64,000 nucleotides of DNA from Lingula anatina. Lineage: Eukaryota > Animalia > Brachiopoda. The position numbers were made by a program, and so were the translations under genes. Position 1 is the first letter of the stretch; each line of letters begins with the position of its first letter. The notes under the pieces are model-generated. The model did not search any database. It was not told the DNA's origin and worked only from the letters and a program-made list of their open reading frames with translations. The stretch is taken from assembly GCA_051362555.1 (NCBI GenBank), contig CM120642.1, positions 13,950,001 to 14,014,000 on the forward strand, in the 5' to 3' direction. Shown here piece after piece: positions 63,796-64,000 of this stretch.

Positions 63796-64000
63796 GTAAG
63801 ATTTCCCAGTTGCACCTTTGGGGTGAAAAAGTATGAGATCTTTGGTCATTTGAGATATGGCGCCTTGTGAAGACTGGTGAATTCTCTAAAGCACTAAAAA
63901 ATGAACTGGTATGTAATATTTTAAGTCTTTGTTATGAATTTATAGTATTTCACACATTGTAATGTATTAAAAAATGAAATTACTGTCACCTCACTAATTT

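Overview
AT-rich, intron-containing animal genomic DNA. It is most likely a marine invertebrate, probably a lophotrochozoan (inferred from a Meta-type SINE, Penelope/L2 relics and neuropeptide style). By-hand splicing supports six genes: (1) a minus-strand 179-aa neuropeptide precursor releasing a predicted 31-aa pyroGlu...NLRI-amide peptide; (2) an SLC16/monocarboxylate-transporter gene, preceded by a decayed partial duplicate; (3) an Rv2258c-like SAM-dependent methyltransferase; (4) a 3-exon, 125-aa secreted Cys-rich precursor missed by the ORF track, with cysteine spacing close to CHH/ITP hormones; (5) a minus-strand four-TM protein gene with two duplicated alternative last exons; (6) the 5' part of RRM1, head-to-head with gene 5. 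Intergenic DNA is rich in MITEs (PIF/Harbinger, Tc1/mariner, 9-bp-TSD, EnSpm-like, hAT-like), Penelope relics with a degenerate hammerhead, SINEs and an L2 fragment. The most notable observations are the CHH/ITP-like peptide, the swappable C-terminal tails, and a Harbinger MITE family showing template-switch duplication, internal inversion and a 3x524-bp amplification. No database searches were run; family names come from motif recognition.
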